A stretch of DNA of 64,000 bases from an uncultured Alphaproteobacteria bacterium (lineage in GTDB: Bacteria > Pseudomonadota > Alphaproteobacteria > Rhodobacterales > Rhodobacteraceae). The DNA lies in contig CAWKBV010000001.1 of the NCBI GenBank assembly GCA_963847935.1, forward strand, positions 602,448-666,447, in the 5' to 3' direction. Made by a program: the position numbers and the translations under genes. This document shows positions 52,911 to 61,778 of this stretch, in pieces. Numbering within the stretch: position 1 is the first letter of the stretch; each line of letters opens with the position of its first letter. Under the pieces are notes generated by a model, which saw only the letters and a program-made list of their open reading frames with translations, did not search any database and was not told where the DNA came from.

Positions 52911-52983
52911 GCCTGCGCGGGTTAGCGGCAAATTAGGAATCGCCCCTCTAGTCTTGTCGCGGGGATCAAAAGGGGTGAACGAC

Positions 52984-53313
52984 ATGAACCGCAGCTCGGA
53001 CGAAGCTTTCGAGGCCTTTCTTGTGGAAGACGTGATTCTGACCTTGAGCACCGTGCGCGGCGCGATCGGCTGGCTCGGTGACGAAACCGGCTGTCCGCCC
53101 GCCCAGCGGGCCGCGTGCTGCGCGCGCATCGAGCGGCAGATCGGCACACTGGAGGAGCGCGCCCGCGATCTGTGGCGTCGGCTTCGGGCGGCGCCATTTC
53201 ACCCTGTCGAAGCGGCGGAGGGGGAGATAATCAACCTCTTCGACTTGACCGACGGCGACGAGCGTTGCCGCCATGAAGCGGCTTCCTTGCATACCCATCG
53301 CGCTTGCGCCTGA
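52984..53313 (+). CDS. hypothetical protein
   Basis: ORF with host-like composition. No recognised domain. The start (ATG at 52984 or TTG at 52954) is uncertain. Confidence 0.35.
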   Translation: MNRSSDEAFEAFLVEDVILTLSTVRGAIGWLGDETGCPPAQRAACCARIERQIGTLEERARDLWRRLRAAPFHPVEAAEGEIINLFDLTDGDERCRHEAASLHTHRACA

Positions 53314-53437
53314 GTAGCGTCGGGCAATGGCGGAGCATTCCGGCTCCGCCGCGACGAAGCGCAAAAACTCGCGCGGCGCCGCGATTTTCCTCTTGCAGCC
53401 GCCCGGCAGAGTTAATAAGTCCCCCTCACCCAAGGAT

Positions 53438-53512
53438 GCGGGCGTAGCTCAGGGGTAGAGCATAACCTTGCCAAGGTTAGGGTCGTGAGTTCGAATCTCA
53501 TCGCCCGCTCCA
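53438..53512 (+). tRNA. tRNA-Gly (anticodon GCC), CCA encoded
   Basis: Cloverleaf folded by hand: GCGGGCG acceptor, anticodon loop TTGCCAA, T-loop TTCGAAT, 3' TCCA. 75 nt. Confidence 0.95.
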
Positions 53513-53537
53513 ACTTCCCGGAAGGGAAAGCTCGAAT

Positions 53538-53565
53538 GGCCGCCGCAAGGCGGCCTTTTGCTTTT
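53538..53565 (+). terminator. Rho-independent terminator after tRNA-Gly
   Basis: GGCCGCC-gcaa-GGCGGCC followed by TTTTGCTTTT. Confidence 0.75.
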
Positions 53566-53716
53566 CGGCGTGGCCCCAATCCCAACAACCGCGACCAGAT
53601 CGTCACGAACTGCGCGCCTTGGGTTTGCGGGCGGCACGGCCCGGTGCTAAGCGGTTCTCAACGTCACGAATCCGTCATCCGGTCCGGCTCGGGACCCGAT
53701 CGAGAAGGACCCGCAC

Positions 53717-54736
53717 ATGGCCAGCATGACCGAACCGAAGCTGATTTCGGGCAATTCCAACCGCCCCCTCGCCAATTCCATTGCCCGACGCATGTCGATG
53801 CACCGGGGCATGAACGTCGGCCTCGTCGATGCCCGCGTCGAGCGCTTCAACGATCAGGAAATCTTCGTCGAGGTCTTCGAGAACGTGCGCGGCGAGGATA
53901 TGTACATCATCCAGTCGACGTCGAACCCGGCGAACGACAACCTGATGGAATTGCTGATCATGACCGACGCGCTGCGACGCTCCTCGGCGAACCGGATCAC
54001 TGCGGTCATCCCCTATTTCGGCTATGCCCGCCAGGATCGCCGCGCCAAGGCGCGGACGCCGATTTCGGCGAAGCTCGTCGCCAACCTCATCACCGAGGCG
54101 GGGGTCGATCGGGTCCTGACGATGGACCTCCACGCCGCACAGATCCAGGGCTTCTTCGACATTCCGGTCGACAACCTCTATGCCTCTCCGGTCTTCGCGC
54201 TGGATATCGAGCATCACTTCAAGGGCAAGCTCGACAAGGTGACCGTGGTTTCGCCTGACGTTGGCGGTGTCGCCCGTGCCCGCGAACTGGCGCAAAGGAT
54301 CGGATGCGGCCTCGCCATCGTCGACAAGCGCCGCGTCAAGGCGGGCGAAATTGCCGAGATGACGGTGATCGGCGACGTCTCCGGCCAGACCTGCATCATC
54401 GTCGATGACATCTGCGACACGGCGGGTACGCTCTGCAAGGCGGCCGAGGTACTGATGGAGGCCGGCGCGAGCGAAGTGCATTCCTACATCTCGCACGGTG
54501 TCTTGTCTGGCCCGGCGGTCGAGCGGATCACCAATTCGGTGATGAAGAACCTCGTCATCACCGATTCCATCGAACCCACCGCCGAGGTGAAATCCGCCAA
54601 GAACATCCGCATCGTGCCCACCGCGCCGATGTTCGCGCAAGCCATCATGAACATCTGGTCGGGTACCTCGGTCTCGTCGCTCTTCGACGCGGAAACCCTC
54701 AGCCCGATCTACGAAGGCATGTACAGCCGGGGCTGA
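53717..54736 (+). CDS. prs: ribose-phosphate pyrophosphokinase
   Basis: 339 aa with '[11 protein letters not shown]' and PRPP-binding '[13 protein letters not shown]'. Confidence 0.95.
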   Translation: MASMTEPKLISGNSNRPLANSIARRMSMHRGMNVGLVDARVERFNDQEIFVEVFENVRGEDMYIIQSTSNPANDNLMELLIMTDALRRSSANRITAVIPYFGYARQDRRAKARTPISAKLVANLITEAGVDRVLTMDLHAAQIQGFFDIPVDNLYASPVFALDIEHHFKGKLDKVTVVSPDVGGVARARELAQRIGCGLAIVDKRRVKAGEIAEMTVIGDVSGQTCIIVDDICDTAGTLCKAAEVLMEAGASEVHSYISHGVLSGPAVERITNSVMKNLVITDSIEPTAEVKSAKNIRIVPTAPMFAQAIMNIWSGTSVSSLFDAETLSPIYEGMYSRG

Positions 54737-54745
54737 TCGGAGCCG

Positions 54746-54827
54746 TCCCCACGCCCGGGATCGAACCGGGAAGCCCAAGGGCGAGAGATTTTAAGTCTCC
54801 TGCGTTTACCAGTTTCGCCACGTGGGG
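54746..54827 (-). tRNA. tRNA-Leu (anticodon TAA), long variable arm, CCA not encoded
   Basis: Minus strand CCCCACG-TG-GCG..GG..CGC. Anticodon stem GGAGA/TCTCT with loop CTTAAAA, 13-nt variable arm, T-arm CCCGG-TTCGATC-CCGGG, acceptor CGTGGGG plus A. Confidence 0.9.
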
Positions 54828-54883
54828 CGACGGCTCCGGACCGGGTGATAGCAGCGCCGCCGATGCCGATCAATCGGCGGCGG

Positions 54884-55348
54884 TCACAACCCCGCCTCCT
54901 TCACCGCCTCCATCGCCACATAGGTCGAGGTCGAAGCGACGTGGGGCAACGTCGAAATCCGTTCGCCCAACACCCGGCGGTAGTCGTTAATGTCCCCCGT
55001 CCGGACCTTCATCAGGTAGTCGAATCCCGCCGCCATCATGTGGCATTCCTCGATCTCCGGGACGCCGCGCACAGCCTTGTTGAATGCCTGCAAGGCCGCT
55101 TCGCGCGTGTCGGTCAGCCGCACCTCGACATAGGCGACATGGGCGAGGCCCATGCGGATCGGGTTCAGGACCGCGCGATATCCCGCGATGACGCGGCTCT
55201 CCTCCAGCCGCTTGACGCGCGCCTGAACCGGCGTCTTGGTCAAGCCGACGCGACGGGCAAGCTCCGTCACCGGCATCCGGCCATCCTCGGAGAGCGCGCT
55301 GAGAATCGCGCGGTCGTAGCGGTCGAGATCGGGAAGTTCGTCTGGCAT
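54884..55348 (-). CDS. putR: Lrp/AsnC family transcriptional regulator (PutR-like, divergent from putA)
   Basis: HTH 'LDRYDRAILSALSEDGRMPVTELARRVGLTKTPVQARVKRLEE'. Start is ATG at 55348, with an alternative at 55360. Confidence 0.8.
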   Translation of the reverse strand: MPDELPDLDRYDRAILSALSEDGRMPVTELARRVGLTKTPVQARVKRLEESRVIAGYRAVLNPIRMGLAHVAYVEVRLTDTREAALQAFNKAVRGVPEIEECHMMAAGFDYLMKVRTGDINDYRRVLGERISTLPHVASTSTYVAMEAVKEAGL

Positions 55349-55356
55349 ATCAAGTT

Positions 55357-55429
55357 CCAATTAATTGGGCATTTAGCCTATTATTTTTACCACAATCAGG
55401 CAAACAGCCTTGTCAATCAAGCCTATTAT
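55357..55429. promoter_or_regulatory. putR-putA divergent control region: 12-nt palindrome plus two copies of AGCCTATTAT
   Basis: CCAATTAATTGG at 55357-55368. AGCCTATTAT at 55375-55384 and 55420-55429. AT-rich in a GC-rich genome. Confidence 0.4.
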
Positions 55430-55452
55430 GGTCCGATCACGCGGAGGACATC

Positions 55453-58400
55453 ATGCACGATCTCTGGACGGCCATCGAAACCGGTTCGCTCACCCCTGAA
55501 ACCGACCTCGTCACAGGTCTCATCGCCTCCGCGAATCTCTCGCCCACGGATCGGGGCCGCATCGCCGATGCCGGCGCAGGGCTCGTCCGCCAGATCCGCG
55601 CCGATGTGCGCCCCGGCCTGATGGAGGTCTTCCTCGCCGAATACGGGCTTTCGACGGAAGAGGGTATCTCGCTCATGTGCCTTGCCGAGGCGCTTCTCCG
55701 CGTCCCCGACGCCGACACGATGGACGCCCTGATCGAGGACAAGATCGCGCCCTCGGACTGGGGCAAGCATCTCGGCCATTCCGCGTCCTCGCTCGTCAAC
55801 GCCTCGACCTGGGCGCTGATGCTGACCGGCAAGGTGCTCGATGATCAGGAGCCGGGCATCGCCGGCCACTTGCGCGGCGCAATCCGTCGTCTGGGCGAAC
55901 CCGTGATCCGCCGCGCCGTGCGTCAGGCGATGAAGGAGATGGGTCGGCAATTCGTCCTGGGCGAGACCATCAACGCCGCGATGGAGCGCGCCGCGAAGAT
56001 GGAGGCGCAGGGCTACACCTATTCCTACGACATGCTGGGCGAGGCCGCGAGGACCGCCGAGGATGCCGAACGCTATGCCGTCTCGTATTCCAAGGCCATC
56101 GCCGCCATCGCCCGCGCCGCGAAAAGCGACGACATCCGCGCCAATCCGGGCATTTCCGTCAAGCTTTCGGCGCTTCATCCCCGCTACGAGGTCGCGCAGG
56201 AGGCCCGCGTGATGGAGGAGCTGGTCCCGGTTACCCGCGACCTCGCCCGGCAGGCCGCCCGCGCGAAGATGGGATTCAACATCGACGCCGAGGAAGCTGA
56301 CCGGCTGACCCTGTCCTTGAAGGTGATCGAGGCGGTGTTGGCCGACCCTGAGCTGGACGGCTGGGACGGCTTCGGCGTTGTCGTGCAGGCTTACGGTCGC
56401 CGTGCGGGCAAGGTGCTCGACTGGCTGCACGCGCTGGCTGCGAAGCACGATCGCAAGATCATGGTCCGGCTCGTCAAGGGCGCCTACTGGGACGCCGAGA
56501 TCAAGCGGGCGCAGGTCCTGGGGCTTGCCGATTTCCCGGTCTTCACCCGCAAGGAAGCGACCGATGTCAGCTACATCGCCAATGCGAAAAAGCTCCTTGC
56601 CATGACCGACCGCATCTACCCCCAGTTCGCCACCCACAATGCCCATACCGTCGCGGCCATTCTCGACATGGGGCGCGGCAAGCCTTTCGAGTTCCAGCGC
56701 CTGCATGGCATGGGCGAACGCCTCCACGACATCGTGCTCAAGCGCGAGCAGACCCGCTGCCGCATCTACGCGCCGGTAGGCGCGCATCGCGATCTTCTGG
56801 CCTATCTGGTCCGTCGCCTGCTGGAGAACGGCGCCAACTCCTCGTTCGTCAACCAGATCGTCGATGAGGATGTACCCGCCGAGGACGTCGCCGCCTGCCC
56901 GCTCGACGCGGTCGAGGCGATGCTGCCGGGCCTCTCGAACCGCACGATCGCCAGGGGCCCCGACCTTTTCGCGCCGGAACGCGGTAATTCCGAAGGCTTC
57001 GACCTCACCGACGCCCCCACCCTCGCCCGGATCGAGACCGCGCGCGAAGCGCATGCCAAGGCGCACCTGACGGCCCAGCCGCTCCTCGCCTGCAAGGTCG
57101 CGGGCCGCGCGCCGAAGCCGGTCGTGAACCCCGCCACGGGCGCCAGGATCGGCACCGTGATCGAGGCAACCACCGCGGATGTCGACGGCGCCCTTGCCGC
57201 CGCGAAGCCGTGGAACGCCCCGGCCGCCGAACGCGCCAAGATCCTCGACCGCGCGTCGGACCTCTACGAGGAGAACTTCGGCGCGATCTTCGCCATCCTC
57301 GCGCGCGAGGCGGGCAAGAACCTGCCGGACGCCGTCGCCGAACTGCGCGAGGCGGTGGATTTCCTGCGCTACTATGCGGCGCAATCGTTGGCGCTGAGCC
57401 GCAAGCCGGTCGGGATCTTCACCTGCATCAGCCCATGGAACTTCCCGCTCGCCATCTTCTCCGGGCAGATCGCGGCGGCGCTTTCGACCGGCAATGCGGT
57501 TCTGGCGAAACCCGCCGAACAGACCCCGCTCATCGCCGCCTTCGCGGTGGCGCTCCTGCACAAGGCGGGCGTCCCCGCCTCGGCCCTGCAACTCCTGCCC
57601 GGCGACGGCGCGACGGTCGGCGCAAAGCTCACCTCCGATCCCCGCATCGGTGGCGTCTGCTTCACCGGCTCGACCGAGACCGCGCAGACCATCCGCCGCG
57701 CGATGGCCGAAAACCTCGCCCCCGGCGCGCCCTTGATCGCCGAAACCGGCGGCCTCAATGCGATGATCGTCGATTCCACAGCGCTTCCCGAACAAGCGGT
57801 GCGCGACATCGTCGCGTCGTCCTTCCAGTCGGCAGGCCAGCGCTGCTCGGCGCTCCGCTGCCTCTACGTGCAGGAGGACATCGCCCCCCATTTCACCGAC
57901 ATGCTCTTCGGCGCGATGGAGGAACTGACGCTGGGCGACCCCTGGCAGCTCTCGACCGATGTCGGCCCCGTCATCGACGCCGAGGCCGAGTTCGGGCATC
58001 CGCGCCCATGTCGAACAGGCACGAAGGGAAGGCCGGCTGCTGCGCGACGTACCCACCCCCAAGGGCGGCCATTTCATCGCCCCAAGCGTGATCCGCGTGA
58101 ACGGCATCAAGGACATGGAGCGCGAAATCTTCGGCCCCGTCCTGCATGTCGCCACCTTCGCGGCCGAGAAACTGCAAAAAGTCATCGACGACATCAATTC
58201 AACGGGTTACGGCCTGACCTTCGGCCTTCACACGAGGATTGACGGCCGTGTCCAGGAACTGACCGAAGCGCTCCACATCGGCAACATATATGTCAATCGC
58301 AACCAGATCGGCGCGGTTGTCGGCTCCCAACCCTTCGGCGGCGAGGGGCTCTCCGGCACCGGCCCGAAGGCAGGCGGTCCGGACTACCTCCACCGTTTCA

Positions 58401-58897
58401 CCGCCGCCGACGCGCCCGAAACAGAAACCGGCCATCCAGACGGAAAGGCAGACCCCGCCAAGGTCCAGGCGGCGCTGAACAACGCCTCCACGGCGCAGCC
58501 GCTCTCCACCCTGGACCTGCCCGGCCCCACCGGCGAGTCGAACCGCCTGACGCTCTCGCCCCGCCCGCCTCTCCTCTGCCTCGGTCCCGGACGGGCTGCC
58601 GCCGAGGCGCAGGCCCGTGCCGTAGAGTCATTGGGCGGCCGGGCGACCCCGGTCCCCGGCGCGATCGATCCCGAGACGCTCACCACGCTCGAGGGCTTCT
58701 CGGCGGTCATCTGGTGGGGCGACGACGCCACGGCGCGCGCGCTTGGCCAAGTCCTGGCGTCGCGCAAGGGCCCGATCCTGCCGCTCATCACCGCCATGCC
58801 GGATCGCGGCCATGTCGTACATGAACGCCACGTCTGCGTCGACACGACCGCCTCGGGCGGCAACGCCGCCCTTCTGGCCGAGGCCGGTTCCGCTTGA
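55453..58897 (+). pseudogene. putA: bifunctional proline dehydrogenase / L-glutamate gamma-semialdehyde dehydrogenase PutA, frame broken near 57975-57998
   Basis: ORF 55453-58242 carries the PRODH and ALDH motifs ('FTGSTETA', 'GQRCSALR') up to 'VGPVIDAEA'. It continues as 'GIRAHVEQARREGRLL...EIFGPVLHV' in ORF 57959-58897. The span is 3n+1 nt. Confidence 0.9.
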
Positions 58898-58928
58898 CCA
58901 AACCACACGGATCGGGAAGCGTAATTCC

Positions 58929-59672
58929 ATGTTCCCGATCCGCGACCACAACCCATCCGAACGCACGCCTTTCGTGCTCTACGCCCTGATCACGATCAAC
59001 GTGCTGATCTTCTTCCTGCAACTGCCATATATGGGCAATGACCGCGCGCTTGCGGGCTTCTGGGCCGACCGCGCGCTCTATCCTGCGATCGTCACGCAAT
59101 ACGGGGACTATACCGGCATCTTCACCTCGATGTTCCTTCATGCCGGCTGGATGCATATCGCCGGCAACATGCTCTTTCTCTGGATTTTCGGCGACAACCT
59201 CGAAGACCAGATGGGCCATGTCGGATTCCTGATCTTCTACCTCGCCGCGGGCGTCGCCGCCGCCGTCGCCCATATCGCCGCGGCACCCGACTCGACGGTG
59301 CCGACGGTCGGCGCTTCGGGCGCCATCGCCGGCGTGATGGGCGGTTATCTCCTGATGTTTCCAAAAGCGCGAGTCGATGTCCTCGTCATTTTCGTCATCT
59401 TCTTTCGGGTTTTCGCGCTACCAGCCTGGGTCATGCTCGGCCTCTGGTTCGGGCTTCAGATCTTCGGCGGGCTGAGCTCACCGGTCGAGGGCGGCGGCGT
59501 GGCGTTCTGGGCCCATGCGGGCGGCTTCATTGCCGGGATCGCGCTGACGATACCCATCTGGCTCAGGCGTGGCGGCGCGGCCTACTGGCTGCGGAACCAT
59601 GGCAAGCCACCGCACCCCGACGCGGTCTATTCCGCATCCTCGATCCCCACCGTCCGCCGCAGGAGACGCTGA
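58929..59672 (+). CDS. rhomboid family intramembrane serine protease
   Basis: ATG at 58929 ('MFPIRDHNP'). Catalytic 'GASGAIAG' and 'HAGGF'. Confidence 0.85.
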   Translation: MFPIRDHNPSERTPFVLYALITINVLIFFLQLPYMGNDRALAGFWADRALYPAIVTQYGDYTGIFTSMFLHAGWMHIAGNMLFLWIFGDNLEDQMGHVGFLIFYLAAGVAAAVAHIAAAPDSTVPTVGASGAIAGVMGGYLLMFPKARVDVLVIFVIFFRVFALPAWVMLGLWFGLQIFGGLSSPVEGGGVAFWAHAGGFIAGIALTIPIWLRRGGAAYWLRNHGKPPHPDAVYSASSIPTVRRRRR

Positions 59673-59674
59673 CC

Positions 59675-60058
59675 ATGCTGCCCGAACTCAGGACACCGCA
59701 CCGCGCCGCTTGCCATTGCGGCGCGGTCAAGCTTGAGGTCACGCTGCCCGATGGCTTCGCAAGCGCCCGGCGCTGCGACTGCTCGTTCTGCGCCCGGCGC
59801 GGCGCCATCGCCGTCACCGCCCCGCTCAATGGGGTGAAAGTGGTGGAGGGCGCCGACAACCTCACGCTCTACACCTGGAACACGGGTACGGCGAAGCACT
59901 ACTTCTGCAAGACGTGTGGCATCTACACCCACCATCAAAGGCGGTCGAATCCCAACGAATATGGCGTCAACGTCGCCTGCCTCGAAGGCGTCAACCCGCG
60001 CGACCTCGGCCCCGTGGAATGGACCGACGGGGTAAATCACCCGTCTGACCGGACCTGA
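59675..60058 (+). CDS. GFA (glutathione-dependent formaldehyde-activating/CENP-V) family protein
   Basis: 127 aa with Cys clusters 'CHCG', 'CDCSFC' and 'CKTCG'. Confidence 0.8.
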   Translation: MLPELRTPHRAACHCGAVKLEVTLPDGFASARRCDCSFCARRGAIAVTAPLNGVKVVEGADNLTLYTWNTGTAKHYFCKTCGIYTHHQRRSNPNEYGVNVACLEGVNPRDLGPVEWTDGVNHPSDRT

Positions 60059-60133
60059 TTTCATCTTGCCGAAAAAACCCTTCGGGGGTGAATTGCCGCG
60101 CCAGCGGCAAGAGGGGGCAGACAGCCCCCTTTC

Positions 60134-60925
60134 TTATTCCGAGGCCCGCAGAACCTTGGCGGTCTGGGCGAAGATCTCACCGTTCCCAGCGATGATCGAC
60201 CCGCTTTCGAAGATATCGCGCCCTTTGCGCACCGCCTCGGCGAAGCCGCCCGCCTCGCGCACCAGGATCATCCCCGCCGCCATGTCCCAGGGATGGATCT
60301 CACGCTCCCAGAAGGCGTCGAACCGCCCGGCCGCGACATAAGCGAGGTCGAGTGCCACGACGCCCCAGCGCCGCACACCGGCCGTCGCGGGCATCAACTG
60401 CGCGAGGTCGCGCATCGTGGCGGGCAGCGTCTTTTTCGTGCCAAAGGGAATGCCGGTCGACAACAGCGCCTCGGACATCGACTTGCGGCCCGAAACGCGG
60501 ATGCGGCTCTCGTTCATCCAGGCGCCCTGACCCTTCTCGGCGACGAACATCTCGTCCTTCGCGGGATCGAATACGACGCCGGCCACGATCTCGCCCTTGT
60601 GTTCCAACGCGATGGAAATCGCCCAATGCGGCAGCCCGTGGAGAAAGTTCGTCGTTCCGTCGAGGGGATCGACGATCCAGCGCCGCGTCGGATCGGCGCC
60701 ATCGGCGGCGCCGGTTTCCTCGCCCAGCCAGCCATAGGTCGGGCGCGCATCCATCAACTCGTCGCGGATGATCTTTTCCGCCGCCAGGTCGGCACGGCTG
60801 ACGAAATCGCCCGCCCCCTTGACCGAAACCTGAAGGTTCTCGACCTCGCGGAAATCCTTCACGAGGGCGCGGCCCGCCTTGCGGGCGACCTTGATCATCA
60901 GGTTGAGATTTGCGCTGCCTTGCAT
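60134..60925 (-). CDS. suhB: inositol monophosphatase family protein (SuhB-like)
   Basis: 263 aa with 'WIVDPLDGTTNF' and 'WDMAAG'. Confidence 0.85.
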   Translation of the reverse strand: MQGSANLNLMIKVARKAGRALVKDFREVENLQVSVKGAGDFVSRADLAAEKIIRDELMDARPTYGWLGEETGAADGADPTRRWIVDPLDGTTNFLHGLPHWAISIALEHKGEIVAGVVFDPAKDEMFVAEKGQGAWMNESRIRVSGRKSMSEALLSTGIPFGTKKTLPATMRDLAQLMPATAGVRRWGVVALDLAYVAAGRFDAFWEREIHPWDMAAGMILVREAGGFAEAVRKGRDIFESGSIIAGNGEIFAQTAKVLRASE

Positions 60926-61010
60926 TGCCGGCCTCCGGGGATCAGGGGGCGGCTATACGCAAGCTGCGCGCCGATGTGAAGGGCTATTCGGGTCCGGCTG
61001 GTGCCTTGTG

Positions 61011-61778
61011 CTACGGGTTTGCCATGACAACCGCCCGACGTTGCAGCACCGTGCGCAGAAGCGTCGGCCGGTCCGTCATCACCGCATCGACGCCCATATC
61101 CAGAAGCCGTTCCATCTCGGCCTCATTGTCCACCGTCCAGACATGAACCTGAACGCCCCGCGCATGTGCCGCCTTCACGAAGCGCCGGGTAACGACGGGA
61201 ATGCCCCTGAAGTGAGTCGGGACCTGAACGCAAGGGAAGTCCGGCACCGCGACCGGCAGCCCCCACCCGGCGAGCCAGAGCCGAGCCACGCCGGAATGCG
61301 CAGGCGACCAGCAGAGATCCGGGCCGAGCAGATCGCGCAACCTCTGGACATATTCCGCCTCGAACGCGCCGACGCAGACGCGATGCAGCGCATCCGCACG
61401 CAGGATCGCGTCCGCTATCGGCTGCACGGCCCCGGCCGATTTGGGTTCGAGGTTCACAAACAGGTGCGGCCATTCCTCGAAAACCTCATGGAGAAGCGGA
61501 ATCGCCTCACCACCCTTCGTCCGGCGCTTCGACAACTCCTCCCATGACACATCCGCCACCCTCTCGGGATCGCCCGTCATCCGCTCCAGCGTGTCGTCGT
61601 GAAAGATCACCGCAACGCCGTCCCGCGTCGCCTGAACGTCGGTCTCGATATGGGTGTAGCCCAGCCGCACCGCGTGGGCGAAGGCGGCCATCGTGTTCTC
61701 CTCGGCCTCAAGCGATCCGCCCCGATGCGCGAAGGCGATCGGGCGGGGATGGTCGAGGAAAGGCCAGGGTGTCAGCAT
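61011..61778 (-). CDS. glycerophosphodiester phosphodiesterase family protein
   Basis: 'IAFAHRGGSLEAEENTMAAF' and 'IETDVQATRDG'. Start taken at 'MLTPWPF' (61778); the longer ORF runs to 61832. Confidence 0.8.
   Translation of the reverse strand: MLTPWPFLDHPRPIAFAHRGGSLEAEENTMAAFAHAVRLGYTHIETDVQATRDGVAVIFHDDTLERMTGDPERVADVSWEELSKRRTKGGEAIPLLHEVFEEWPHLFVNLEPKSAGAVQPIADAILRADALHRVCVGAFEAEYVQRLRDLLGPDLCWSPAHSGVARLWLAGWGLPVAVPDFPCVQVPTHFRGIPVVTRRFVKAAHARGVQVHVWTVDNEAEMERLLDMGVDAVMTDRPTLLRTVLQRRAVVMANP

Noticed and set aside
53438-53716. tRNA-Gly as a genomic-island integration site.
   Set aside because: There is no integrase, no direct repeat of the tRNA 3' end, and no compositional shift downstream. 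The next gene is prs, which is core.
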